The position numbers and the translations under genes were made by a program. From positions 1 through 64,000 of the IMG/VR virus record IMGVR_UViG_3300009503_000018: a stretch of 64,000 nucleotides of DNA, one strand, 5' to 3'. Shown piece by piece: positions 1-9,209 of the stretch (its first letter is position 1; each line of letters begins with the position of its first letter). The notes below the pieces were generated by a model, which was not told the DNA's origin, did not search any database, and saw only the letters and a program-made list of their open reading frames with translations. The DNA comes from a virus.

Positions 1-639
1 AGGGCGAACGAAATCAACGACACCACTGACCTGGACAACCCCATCCACTCGGACCGGTTGCTCAGCAACACCACTGACCTGAACAACCCCATCTACCCGG
101 ACTGGTTGTTCAGCAACACCACTGACCTGAACGACATCAACAACATGTACATTTTGAATACCACTTTGCGTGACCGTGACCGAGGAGATCGAAACACTGG
201 TGTCAACTGCCAAACGTCGAACACCAGAAACCACAACCACACCAATTTTCTCACCTTCAGCGTCGACGAGGATAGACCGGCGGGCGACTGTTGGTTCTTC
301 TTCGAATTCGTAATCCTCTAAACGAAAATTCGGGATTAATTCATCTTTTGGAATAAAAGGTCGAAGTTGCTCATTGGCAAAAATAAAAGAACTACCGGCC
401 CCATAAGCAGAAATATCCAGGCGACTGTCTGGATTATTATCAATAGGTCCAACAAAAATGATGCCCGAGGCGATCCGTTTTATTGCTGCTTTAAGCGACG
501 GTAAAACAGATGATCCAATGACAACATTTTGACCAACCTTAAATAACCCAGGCTGAGCGATGCTGACTTGCCCATCAACAGTGCCGTTCGTAAGAAATGG
601 CTGAGGCGGAACGGCGGGGAGCTTGTGTTGAAAAGCCAT
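1..639 (-). CDS. Virion structural protein with tandem 16-aa repeats (partial, runs off left edge; missed by ORF track)
   Basis: Open frame from ATG 639 to position 1: MAFQHKLPAVPPQPFLTNG...EFEEEPTVARRSILVDAEG...VQVSGVAEQPVRVDGV repeated with a 48-bp period. Confidence 0.7.
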   Translation of the reverse strand, partial: MAFQHKLPAVPPQPFLTNGTVDGQVSIAQPGLFKVGQNVVIGSSVLPSLKAAIKRIASGIIFVGPIDNNPDSRLDISAYGAGSSFIFANEQLRPFIPKDELIPNFRLEDYEFEEEPTVARRSILVDAEGEKIGVVVVSGVRRLAVDTSVSISSVTVTQSGIQNVHVVDVVQVSGVAEQPVRVDGVVQVSGVAEQPVRVDGVVQVSGVVDFVRP

Positions 640-644
640 AATGG

Positions 645-1145
645 TTACACCTTTGGCAATTCACCATTAAGCAAAACAAGAGATTCACCGGTTAACTTAA
701 ACGACGCAATAAATGCTGATTCATGTTTTACTTCAATAACAAAATCTCCCGTCTCGGTATCTTCGAGAACATGAAACGAATACGAAGACATGTCTTCGGG
801 GGCGCGTGATTTATCAGCGAAACATGACGGACCAACAAACGTGCCTTTCGCATACAAACGTCCACGATTCGTCTCATATGGGGTTTCGACAAATTCTACA
901 TCGAAATCCGTATAACCCAAATCCGCAACATGTTCTTCAAATACAGAAAGAGCGGAATCAAGCCGTTTGTCTTGTCCTTGTCCGGATTCCGATTTAGAAA
1001 TAGATTCTAATTCCTCTGACGGAACGGACAATTCAATGGTTAAAAGTACTTCTTTTTTCGATAAAGCCGGACGCCTTATCGTTAAAAGTACTTCTTTTTT
1101 CGATAAAGCCGGACGCCTTATACTTTGATGCCGCGCCGTTTCCAT
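645..1145 (-). CDS. Hypothetical protein with duplicated IRRPALSKKEVLLT N-terminus
   Basis: 166-aa ORF in the operon-like minus-strand block; start uncertain. Confidence 0.6.
   Translation of the reverse strand: METARHQSIRRPALSKKEVLLTIRRPALSKKEVLLTIELSVPSEELESISKSESGQGQDKRLDSALSVFEEHVADLGYTDFDVEFVETPYETNRGRLYAKGTFVGPSCFADKSRAPEDMSSYSFHVLEDTETGDFVIEVKHESAFIASFKLTGESLVLLNGELPKV
1039..1121. repeat. Perfect 41-bp tandem duplication (42-bp period)
   Basis: gttaaaagtacttcttttttcgataaagccggacgccttat at 1039-1079 and 1081-1121. Confidence 0.95.
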
Positions 1146-1573
1146 TGAATGCTCGTCCCAGTCACGGGAGCACCTGACGTATTCGTTACATTGACTTGAA
1201 ACCGACCCCCGTAATCAGTCGGCGTCAACCCGTTCCGATTTCCCACCGATTGAATCGTCACATTCACCGGTGCCGTAAAAATCGGCTCCGCCGGAAGAAC
1301 ATACGAGACCGTAGAAGAATGATCAATAATAATTGAAGTCGTAGTTTGATCAGGGAATGTGGTCGAACCCAAGTCCCCGCTAATTTCTACAACAATCGGG
1401 ATTAACGCCGTTGGATCAATCGTTAAGGCTTTGCCCGCCGGCACACTCCCATCAATGAGCCCGCCCACGTCCGTATCCAACAACCCCATGTTAAAGTCCC
1501 ATTCTTTCTTCCACGGGGTTTTCCCAAGCTTTGGACGTAACAAACCAATTTTTGGTGTTGGTGTATCTGGCAT
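1118..1573 (-). CDS. Putative tail/head fibre-type structural protein
   Basis: N-terminal TPKIGLLRP...W...NMGLLD resembles fibre attachment motifs; beta-rich C-terminus. Confidence 0.5.
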   Translation of the reverse strand: MPDTPTPKIGLLRPKLGKTPWKKEWDFNMGLLDTDVGGLIDGSVPAGKALTIDPTALIPIVVEISGDLGSTTFPDQTTTSIIIDHSSTVSYVLPAEPIFTAPVNVTIQSVGNRNGLTPTDYGGRFQVNVTNTSGAPVTGTSIQWKRRGIKV

Positions 1574-1616
1574 ATTCTTTCCGCTTTGCTATTTCCTAGT
1601 ATTAACTATTTTTTTC

Positions 1617-4600
1617 CTATTTGCCCTCTACAAATATATGCGTGTTCGTGTCATCCGTAGACAAAATCGCACGAATATCACAAGCAATTTCTTCGGGAAT
1701 ATTCTGCAAATCAGCCGTTTTGCGCATTATATCCCGCACGACCGATGCGGGTTGAGACAAACCGCCCGCTGATCCAGGCGCACCAGCCCCTTGACCAACC
1801 TCTTCTCCTGGCGGTGTCTTGGGCGCCGGCTTGATCTCCCCAGGTCCCGGTCCTAGCCCTAATCCAAGGGGCAAACCTAACCCCCCACCACCAGGACCTT
1901 TTCCACCACCCAGGGATGACATTAACAATTGATTTTTTGCAATCGTCGCCGCATCTTGCCCTAACGTGGCCATTTCCGCGTCGTAATCCAAACCAGCGCC
2001 CTGGACCACACTCCGAGGCGAAATCCATCCTTTCTGCGCCAATTCAGACCAGAAACGGAGAATCGCTTCATCTTGCCGCACATCAAGGCGCTTTTCAAAT
2101 TGTAAATGCGGATACAACAAATGTTTACCTTTTTGCACACGGGATTTTGCCGTTGCTGCAACCTTCGACATCGCAATATACCGACGGCTTTTTGCCATAT
2201 TGACTTCTTCAATCAATGGCTGAATTTTCAGAAATTCATATGCTTGTTTTTCCGGATCTTGAATAGCACGAATTTCTCGCATGCGATCCTTGAGAAACAT
2301 CGTCTGCTTTTCCAACACAGGATCGCGAGAATCAGGCAGATCGGGTTCACTCTTTTTTGGCTTTCGGTAAAACCCGTTGAGTTCTGCCATGACCGCAAAG
2401 ACTTTTTTATAAATCCAATCCGATACAAACATTTCACGCAGCGTGCGATACCGCATCATCAATACTTGCAATCCAGCATTCGCGCTATTGTACGTGCCGA
2501 CGTTTTCGGCCAGGAAAGAATGCGTACCTTCTACCGTAATATCAATTACGGTTTCATTATTTTCTATTGGTTCAATTTTTTCTATAGGGAGATACACATA
2601 CTTTTCATCAACCCACGCCTGTTGACGAGAATGCGGAATAGGCCACTCAACACCCCATACCATTTTCGCCAAATCACGAGCAAATTTTCCATAAATATTA
2701 ATTTGATGCAAATCCTGCCGTTCATATCCGTCACGACGCACAACCCCTTTTTGGGTTGTGCGAGAACACGCGTATCCTAATTGCGCAAGCAAAAGCTCGA
2801 CTTGATAGGCGAGTTGTTCACTCGTCGTGCGATATCCAATATAGCGCTGTACCCATTTCTTATTCTTGTACGGCGTTTTTTCGAGTAACGACCCATCTCC
2901 ACGGAAAAGCCCTGTAATAAATTCTCTCTTATACTCTAATGGCCAATGCATGACCTCTTCTGATAATTGCTTGCGATGTGAGTATTGCCCGCCATGATAA
3001 CTAAATAAAAATCCTGAAGGGGCTCCGATGTAAACGCGCGTAACGTTCGGCTGATTTAGAGAATTACCAACAACTTTTGCCCCACTACATGCCAACCGTC
3101 TAGTAGCCGTCATACCAAGAGTTTCAGCCAAAGCGCACGCATCTTTTGCCCACGTGTCGTATTCAGCCGCACTAAAAGTTAGTTCACACCTTTTTCCCCC
3201 AATAATGCTACCTTCAGCCACATAATACCCGAGCAGGCGGGCAAATTCGATGGGTTGGCTTGGAGCAACTGCCTCGAACTCTCGTGGGACCATAAAGTAG
3301 TCACCAATGCGCAAATCTTTTGTCGGGAGTTTTTGATACGGCTCATAATTCGCTGGAAGTTTCTTCAACGATTGATGACGCCCAATGGTCCAGCGCGCAC
3401 CAGTATCCTTAAATGCGGGTTGTCTTTCCACTGTCACATGATGCTTAAGATGTTGGTACCAGGAGGTAAAAACACCCTGTATGGAACGTCCAGGGAAAAA
3501 CTCCTGGGCAAGTTGGTGCCGATTACGGCGTTCCAATAACCACGCGTCATGTAAAGATTTCGAACGAGGATGCCGACACATCAAACACTTTTTCGAAGCG
3601 TTGATCGTGTACGATGTAATACGAGATCTCACCTGTTTTCCACACGTTCGTGGCCATACCCATACTGGCCACCGATGTTTATCACTGGCGATAATGGTTT
3701 TATTCCCGGCCAAGCGAATTTTATACATTGGGTTGATAACCCCTTCATCCCACTTGTCCAAAACTTTCCTTGAATGACCGTCTTTGTCAATGATTTCGTC
3801 CCCAACTTTGATGTCACCCAACGGAACATAAGAACCATTTTTCTTCAGTATTTTCGCGGACTTACACAATGTGGCATACGTGGTTTCTCCGTGCAGGAAA
3901 GATTTATTAATTCCCAACGCAACCAATTTTGCCCGTTCAATCACATCCCATTCATTCGTGATTTTGAGCTGCTTACCTTCAATGCCATGATATTCTACTT
4001 GCAACCCATAATGATAGACAATCGCCGCCAATGGATCGACTTCAGATTCGGCCAAGACTTCAATAAATTCTTCCATGTTCTGCGGCGACGGAATCCATCC
4101 TTCTTTCGGATCGCCGAGCTTGAACACCCGCAGTGGCAACGCATGTCGTTGCGCCTGTTGAATCTGACCATTAAACACGGCGTCTTCATACATCAAAATG
4201 CGGAACAACCGTCCCATAATACTCGTTCCGCGAATATCGTATGGAAACGCCTTCCGTGCGATATGTGAAGCGTTAAGCGGGTCTAAGGGAATATTTTTTC
4301 CACCAGCAATGGACGCCAAAATATCCGAAGGGATCTTATTTCGAAGACGAACATATCGTGGATCTGTACTTTGCAAAATCCGCCGCAAATCTTGGGACGG
4401 ACGCAACGTCAAAATTGGATCGTCATCAATTAGCGGGGAATCAACAACTTCAACGTAATCAGGATTATGTAACGTAATATGCGTGAATATTCCTTCTTTA
4501 TCGTCCCAAAAACAAAAAGGAAAAATCTCCCCGATGATGAGATATTCACGTGTCATTTTGGGGAGCCAAGACAGGAGTTCTGTCTGATTCAGCATGTCTT

Positions 4601-5006
4601 CATAGGCATGCAAAATCGTCTGTGACTCATCACCAGGCTCATCCATAATGAGATATGCCCCAGACCACGGCATATCCCCATGCATGTCGATCGCTCCGCC
4701 GATAACCGGATCGACGTTGTAAAACAAACGCCAATATTGGTTGAGTTGAGCGAGTTGGACCGGAAGTTGTAACCGATCCGGAGAGGAGAATAACGGATGA
4801 TACGGACGCGCGGGTGCCCGTATCACCGAAGCACCGCCGGACCCAGCGAGTCCGGCGGTTGCCGTCCGACGAAAATTCGGGTGCGCTACACCCGTCCCTT
4901 GAACATCTGGTCCACCATAATGAAAAATGGATGGACCCGATCTATTAGCGCTCGCGGTTGCTGACGCGTTTTTCGAAGCAAACTTCTCTAAGTCTTCTCT
5001 CGCCAT
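1617..5006 (-). CDS. Phage portal protein interrupted by an intein
   Basis: Extein (about 667 aa) has large-phage portal-like blocks (YWRLFYNVDPVIGGAID, HIARKAFPYDIRGTSI, PLRVFKLGDP); reconstituted junction GETTYA/SANAGLQV. Confidence 0.72.
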   Translation of the reverse strand: MAREDLEKFASKNASATASANRSGPSIFHYGGPDVQGTGVAHPNFRRTATAGLAGSGGASVIRAPARPYHPLFSSPDRLQLPVQLAQLNQYWRLFYNVDPVIGGAIDMHGDMPWSGAYLIMDEPGDESQTILHAYEDMLNQTELLSWLPKMTREYLIIGEIFPFCFWDDKEGIFTHITLHNPDYVEVVDSPLIDDDPILTLRPSQDLRRILQSTDPRYVRLRNKIPSDILASIAGGKNIPLDPLNASHIARKAFPYDIRGTSIMGRLFRILMYEDAVFNGQIQQAQRHALPLRVFKLGDPKEGWIPSPQNMEEFIEVLAESEVDPLAAIVYHYGLQVEYHGIEGKQLKITNEWDVIERAKLVALGINKSFLHGETTYATLCKSAKILKKNGSYVPLGDIKVGDEIIDKDGHSRKVLDKWDEGVINPMYKIRLAGNKTIIASDKHRWPVWVWPRTCGKQVRSRITSYTINASKKCLMCRHPRSKSLHDAWLLERRNRHQLAQEFFPGRSIQGVFTSWYQHLKHHVTVERQPAFKDTGARWTIGRHQSLKKLPANYEPYQKLPTKDLRIGDYFMVPREFEAVAPSQPIEFARLLGYYVAEGSIIGGKRCELTFSAAEYDTWAKDACALAETLGMTATRRLACSGAKVVGNSLNQPNVTRVYIGAPSGFLFSYHGGQYSHRKQLSEEVMHWPLEYKREFITGLFRGDGSLLEKTPYKNKKWVQRYIGYRTTSEQLAYQVELLLAQLGYACSRTTQKGVVRRDGYERQDLHQINIYGKFARDLAKMVWGVEWPIPHSRQQAWVDEKYVYLPIEKIEPIENNETVIDITVEGTHSFLAENVGTYNSANAGLQVLMMRYRTLREMFVSDWIYKKVFAVMAELNGFYRKPKKSEPDLPDSRDPVLEKQTMFLKDRMREIRAIQDPEKQAYEFLKIQPLIEEVNMAKSRRYIAMSKVAATAKSRVQKGKHLLYPHLQFEKRLDVRQDEAILRFWSELAQKGWISPRSVVQGAGLDYDAEMATLGQDAATIAKNQLLMSSLGGGKGPGGGGLGLPLGLGLGPGPGEIKPAPKTPPGEEVGQGAGAPGSAGGLSQPASVVRDIMRKTADLQNIPEEIACDIRAILSTDDTNTHIFVEGK
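2487..3872 (-). mobile_element. Intein with LAGLIDADG homing endonuclease in portal (462 aa, aa 379-840)
   Basis: Block A TLCKSAKIL...GDEIIDKDG; LLGYYVAEG; FITGLFRGDG; C-terminal DITVEGTHSFLAENVGTYN followed by Ser+1. Confidence 0.9.
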
Positions 5007-5028
5007 TCCCGCGCCAATGACCGATCAC

Positions 5029-5277
5029 CTACTTCGAAACAGCCTGCTTTGCCTGATCAACGAGTTCCCGTACACCGACACCAGCCAACCCCGCCGCAGC
5101 CCCCGTCGCCAAATCGCCACCCGCCGCTGCCGACAACACCGCCCCAGCGACCGTGGACAATACCGGCAAGAGGTATGACGGGACCTTACCCAACATCTTC
5201 TTTACCGCAGCCACAAGAAGGGGTGCGACAACTGCGAGAACCTTTGGATCAGCCAAAAGACTCATAAGTGCGCTCAT
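5029..5277 (-). CDS. Holin-like small membrane protein
   Basis: 82 aa, 2-3 hydrophobic segments, GAAAGLAGVG motif, basic C-terminus. Confidence 0.5.
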   Translation of the reverse strand: MSALMSLLADPKVLAVVAPLLVAAVKKMLGKVPSYLLPVLSTVAGAVLSAAAGGDLATGAAAGLAGVGVRELVDQAKQAVSK

Positions 5278-5365
5278 GGTCGACCTCCTATTGAAATTTG
5301 GGGGATATCCCCCCTGATATGATTAACTCTTTCCTTTAAAATCTCTGATAAAAACCGTGTAGGAA

Positions 5366-5764
5366 TCACGAAGACGAAGCAACGAACGTATAAAGCCAAT
5401 TCTCTATTGATTTCGTTTTGTTAAATCCCCAAATTGACACTGCATTTTGACGAATAACAATTTTGATGATTTCTTGTGTAGGAATTTTTATTACCCACAC
5501 CACCCCAGAATCAACTTGGGTAGGCTCTCCTAAAACAGTTTTCACATATTCCGAAGATACGGGAATATTATCCCATAACAGCCGCATTTTCGCGCCTTCG
5601 ACAAAAGATGCGCGGACAAAGGGAATAAGGTTTTTGGATTTAGGAGAAGGTTCAGTCTCAAGGCAGGACGGAGAATTTTTTACACAAGACACGTCCTTTT
5701 TTTGTCGAACCCGTCTCTTGACGACGAGGACCGACTGACCGTCTACAGTTATCGTGTACACCAA
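5366..5764 (-). CDS. Hypothetical protein
   Basis: 132-aa ORF tiling between neighbours. Confidence 0.5.
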   Translation of the reverse strand: MVYTITVDGQSVLVVKRRVRQKKDVSCVKNSPSCLETEPSPKSKNLIPFVRASFVEGAKMRLLWDNIPVSSEYVKTVLGEPTQVDSGVVWVIKIPTQEIIKIVIRQNAVSIWGFNKTKSIENWLYTFVASSS

Positions 5765-5765
5765 A

Positions 5766-6092
5766 TTAGCGAGTTCTACGGAGATTTTTATATCGAGTAG
5801 GGTACGCCCCCCACTCTTCTTTCACTAAAGCGAATTCTTTGTCATCAGAAATCGCCAATAAACGAGCATAATGATTCGTATCAAGAACCAAGACCACATC
5901 TCCCGGCTCTGGAGGCAATTCTAAATAATCGGGTTGTTTTTTGGCGGTAACATCGACAGGAGACGACCAGAAAAAATTCTCAACAATCTTTCGGGCTCGC
6001 ACATGATCGCCACGATCAAGGCTCGTCTCGTACTTCGCAATGTCTTCGTCTGACGCCAATTGATAAAAGCGGGCTGTTTGAAAAAATTTCAT
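5766..6092 (-). CDS. Hypothetical protein (C-terminal SH3/KOW-like)
   Basis: 108 aa; PEPGDVVLVLDTNHYARLLAI. Confidence 0.6.
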   Translation of the reverse strand: MKFFQTARFYQLASDEDIAKYETSLDRGDHVRARKIVENFFWSSPVDVTAKKQPDYLELPPEPGDVVLVLDTNHYARLLAISDDKEFALVKEEWGAYPTRYKNLRRTR

Positions 6093-6107
6093 GTGCCCGC
6101 GATGAAA

Positions 6108-6887
6108 TTATGCAGCCACCAGATCTTTTTCCGCGTGGAGCATCGTCTTCATCGCATTCCGCCATTTCGCCTTATGCGGATTCGAAGGATTGTTTGGTCC
6201 CCAGTTGACCCAATACATATTATCACCGGGGTTTACCGGCGTACCATCAGGAGATACACCTTTCTTCGTAACTGGGATTACCGCAATGACCATCCCAGCT
6301 CCTTGCTCAACGCTTGGTGTCCTCCGACCAACCCGCTTCGAGGCAGACTTGAGGTCAATCGTTTCACTGACAAATTCCTGAGAACCAGAAATCGGTGCCG
6401 AAATCCCTTCAGCAACCGCTGCATGAGGACGACCGCTTGGGAAATTCGGATCAAGCGTGCGCAACGTATCGGTCAAATTCCGATCCACGGCACCTTCATC
6501 CATAACGGAGCCGTCGGCCTGCGTCCCAGTATTAAACAAGGCTTTTGGTGTTGGATCATCAAAAATTCCGTCTGTTGACACGTTCTTTGGAGCAAGCGGA
6601 TTTGCAACCGTTTGCTCTCGCACACCGATATGGACTCCGGCACTATCTACGGTCGATGCCAACGTATCAGCGGACGTAATTGGTGTGGGAAAATCGCTCG
6701 TTTTGATCTGGGGGACGCCCATTGTCGATCCAATCTTAAATGTGGAATCATTCAATGTATTAGCCGCCTTACCACGACCGCCGAGTTCATTATCAAACAC
6801 AACACCAGCGTTACTCGGATCGCCAGAAACAAACGGCGTACTCCCGGCACGCTTGAACCAAACGAAATTACCAACCGCAAAAGCCAT
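6108..6887 (-). CDS. Hypothetical virion-associated protein
   Basis: 259 aa, G/S/T/D-rich, structural block. Confidence 0.6.
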   Translation of the reverse strand: MAFAVGNFVWFKRAGSTPFVSGDPSNAGVVFDNELGGRGKAANTLNDSTFKIGSTMGVPQIKTSDFPTPITSADTLASTVDSAGVHIGVREQTVANPLAPKNVSTDGIFDDPTPKALFNTGTQADGSVMDEGAVDRNLTDTLRTLDPNFPSGRPHAAVAEGISAPISGSQEFVSETIDLKSASKRVGRRTPSVEQGAGMVIAVIPVTKKGVSPDGTPVNPGDNMYWVNWGPNNPSNPHKAKWRNAMKTMLHAEKDLVAA

Positions 6888-6898
6888 TCTTTTTCCTC

Positions 6899-8044
6899 CT
6901 ACTTATGAGCCGCCGGCGTGTGCGGCTTGTGACCCTTCTGCTTCTTCCACCAGGAAAGGGCCCACGGATTATCAATCTTGTCCTTATACTTCTTTAAGTG
7001 TTCTACTTCGTATTTCCGTCCCGGAGGACTTACCGCTTCGCGGGCTTTGAATCCTTGTTCTTCAGCCCGAGCCGCGATCTGTTTCGCAATGAAGCTGGCC
7101 TTTACGGCCTTAATCCCACGTCGAGCCATTTCCTGAGCACACTCAGGGCAGAATCGAGCAATCACCTCTCGTGGGATCAAGCGATCAGCATTTTTCAAAT
7201 CAGGAACCTTAATATCGCGAGGATTCGTCAAACCCGCCCCATGCGACTTTGCCCTTTCTGGACCACTCACACTATTCGCTCCAAGGCTCAAATCGAGATC
7301 TTCATGTGTAGAAGAAGCCGCATGCCGAACATCGGGGACTTTAATATCCAACGGGCTCTTAAGACCGGGACCGTGAGACTTCGCCTTCTCTGGACCACTT
7401 ACACTATTCGCACTATCCCCTTTTTGCCATTTTGGCTCGGGATTCTTTTCTGCGCCAGATCCGGCACTTACGCCACTCTCGGGATGAGCATCCGGAACAT
7501 GACACTCACCAGCTTTTGCCGCGACCAACTCAACCGGCTTACACCCATATTCGACGGGCTTACCTGCGGGAGGCGTGACTTTACTATCCGCCCACAACTG
7601 CTTGGCATAATCGTCGGGATACAGTTTCCGATAATATTCCATAATACTGGTGTCTTTTGCGGATTTGGCTGATCGCTTCGTCGCCTGCGCATAACCACAA
7701 GGACACCGCTCCATGTTCCCAGAAACCTGCATCGCTGCCCCACACTCGGGACACGCGGATGCGGACTTAACTTCGGGAGTATGACCCGGACAGGCACATC
7801 CACACTTACAATTCCCTTGCGGACACGGACAACAGTCGCAATCCGATGCAACTTTCACACTTGCCTGAGCGAATTGCTTATGGCCCGGACAGGCACATCC
7901 ACACTTACAATTTCCTTGCGGACACGGGCAGCAATCACATTCCCCGTCGGCCGTTTTTTCAAATTCGGGAATTCCAAGAGATTCGGCAGCAATTTTTCGA
8001 ATAATGGCGTCCGAATGTCTTTCCCCTGGCGTAACAATCTTCAT
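6899..8044 (-). CDS. Repeat-rich protein with two metallothionein-like Cys clusters
   Basis: CDCCPCPQGNCKCGCACPGH x2; ANSVSGPE.AKSHG.GL..P.DIKVPD x2; C-terminal PPG...NPWALSW. Confidence 0.75.
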   Translation of the reverse strand: MKIVTPGERHSDAIIRKIAAESLGIPEFEKTADGECDCCPCPQGNCKCGCACPGHKQFAQASVKVASDCDCCPCPQGNCKCGCACPGHTPEVKSASACPECGAAMQVSGNMERCPCGYAQATKRSAKSAKDTSIMEYYRKLYPDDYAKQLWADSKVTPPAGKPVEYGCKPVELVAAKAGECHVPDAHPESGVSAGSGAEKNPEPKWQKGDSANSVSGPEKAKSHGPGLKSPLDIKVPDVRHAASSTHEDLDLSLGANSVSGPERAKSHGAGLTNPRDIKVPDLKNADRLIPREVIARFCPECAQEMARRGIKAVKASFIAKQIAARAEEQGFKAREAVSPPGRKYEVEHLKKYKDKIDNPWALSWWKKQKGHKPHTPAAHK

Positions 8045-8161
8045 CGAGAACCCTCCAAAGGCTCCTATTTACGATATTCAACTGTTTTTATTGGACACGA
8101 GTGAGAAATTTTATTAGAACGAGAAGAAAAAGAAGAATCAAAAATTAACAAAATTGGATTA

Positions 8162-8380
8162 TTAATAATTACCGGGTCCCCCATATGTCCACAAGCCATA
8201 CCGTCGAAATCCTCCTCCCCGCATAGACACGCTTGGCACGGTATTACGAGCAGTATTTATCTTATGACAATGGGGGCACTCGATTCCTGCCTTTTCCGCT
8301 TCTTCCGCACCAGAAAATGATAAATGCAGCACATCAAAAGTTTCGCCGCAATCTTTACAGTCATATGCATATCTCGGCAT
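8162..8380 (-). CDS. FmdB-family zinc-ribbon protein
   Basis: MPRYAYDCKDCG...CPHC...SVSMRGGGF. Confidence 0.8.
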   Translation of the reverse strand: MPRYAYDCKDCGETFDVLHLSFSGAEEAEKAGIECPHCHKINTARNTVPSVSMRGGGFRRYGLWTYGGPGNY

Positions 8381-8382
8381 AA

Positions 8383-8703
8383 TTACCTCCGAGGGAAGTA
8401 CCGAGCGAGTTTTACCGCGAATGTTAAATCACCTTCGACTTTTAATTTCCCCAACATATATAACATTTGCATACTCTCTTTACCATTGACCATATCCAAA
8501 TAATCATCTTTGTTTATTGTTAATGTGCAATCTGGAGATGCACACTCCCCTGTCTCAATGCACAAAGTCCCATTTTGAATCTTCACAACCCATTTACTAT
8601 CCCCAATGATATTGAATTGATAAATCCCGTTTTCTCCTTGCGCTGCTGCCGCATCAAAAAATTGCGGGACATTCTTAAAAACGTCTTCTACCGTTTCGTA
8701 CAT
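8383..8703 (-). CDS. SCP2 (sterol carrier protein 2) lipid-binding domain protein
   Basis: IYQFNI...WVVKIQNG...PDCTLTI...MVNGKESMQMLYMLGKLKVEGD. Confidence 0.85.
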   Translation of the reverse strand: MYETVEDVFKNVPQFFDAAAAQGENGIYQFNIIGDSKWVVKIQNGTLCIETGECASPDCTLTINKDDYLDMVNGKESMQMLYMLGKLKVEGDLTFAVKLARYFPRR

Positions 8704-8824
8704 AAATTTCTCCTATTCAAGTGGAATACTTCTTTCTACCCATAAAACAGCCTTTTGTCAACTCCATAACATGGATCGAATAAATTAAGCAAACAAAAAA
8801 GGCGGTACTCGGGTCCTTTTCGTT

Positions 8825-9199
8825 CTAGTCTTTTCGCATTAACAGCTCTTTACTCCGAAATACATCCTTTGACGACACTGTATGCAACGCTCGACGACTG
8901 AGCCAATGACGAGAGGCTTTCTTTTGATATTTGTTCAGACATTCTTCTCGGCGTTTTTCTAGTTCGGTTTTAATCTCTTCTACTAAAGACACGTCTTTGG
9001 ATAATCCCGCATGTTCAAGAGCCTCATGATACATGTCTTCAGCCCACGAAAATAGCTCAATAGCCCGCTCATCGTGTTCGAGGCACATTTCATAGGCTGC
9101 GGCGGCACGAGAAGCCCATTTGATGGCAGTTTCTGTTTCGATCTGTTCTTCGTCTTTTTCGCGCAATTCTTTTCGCGCTTCTTCAATTTTTAACCGCAT
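8825..9199 (-). CDS. Hypothetical helical protein
   Basis: 124 aa; C-terminal LSRRA motif. Confidence 0.65.
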   Translation of the reverse strand: MRLKIEEARKELREKDEEQIETETAIKWASRAAAAYEMCLEHDERAIELFSWAEDMYHEALEHAGLSKDVSLVEEIKTELEKRREECLNKYQKKASRHWLSRRALHTVSSKDVFRSKELLMRKD

Positions 9200-9209
9200 A
9201 ATTATTCTC

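Noticed and set aside
58-321. Plus-strand 87-aa ORF with SNTTDLN repeats
   Set aside because: Antisense shadow of the real minus-strand gene 1-639, which has an ATG, tiles with its neighbours and has sensible composition.
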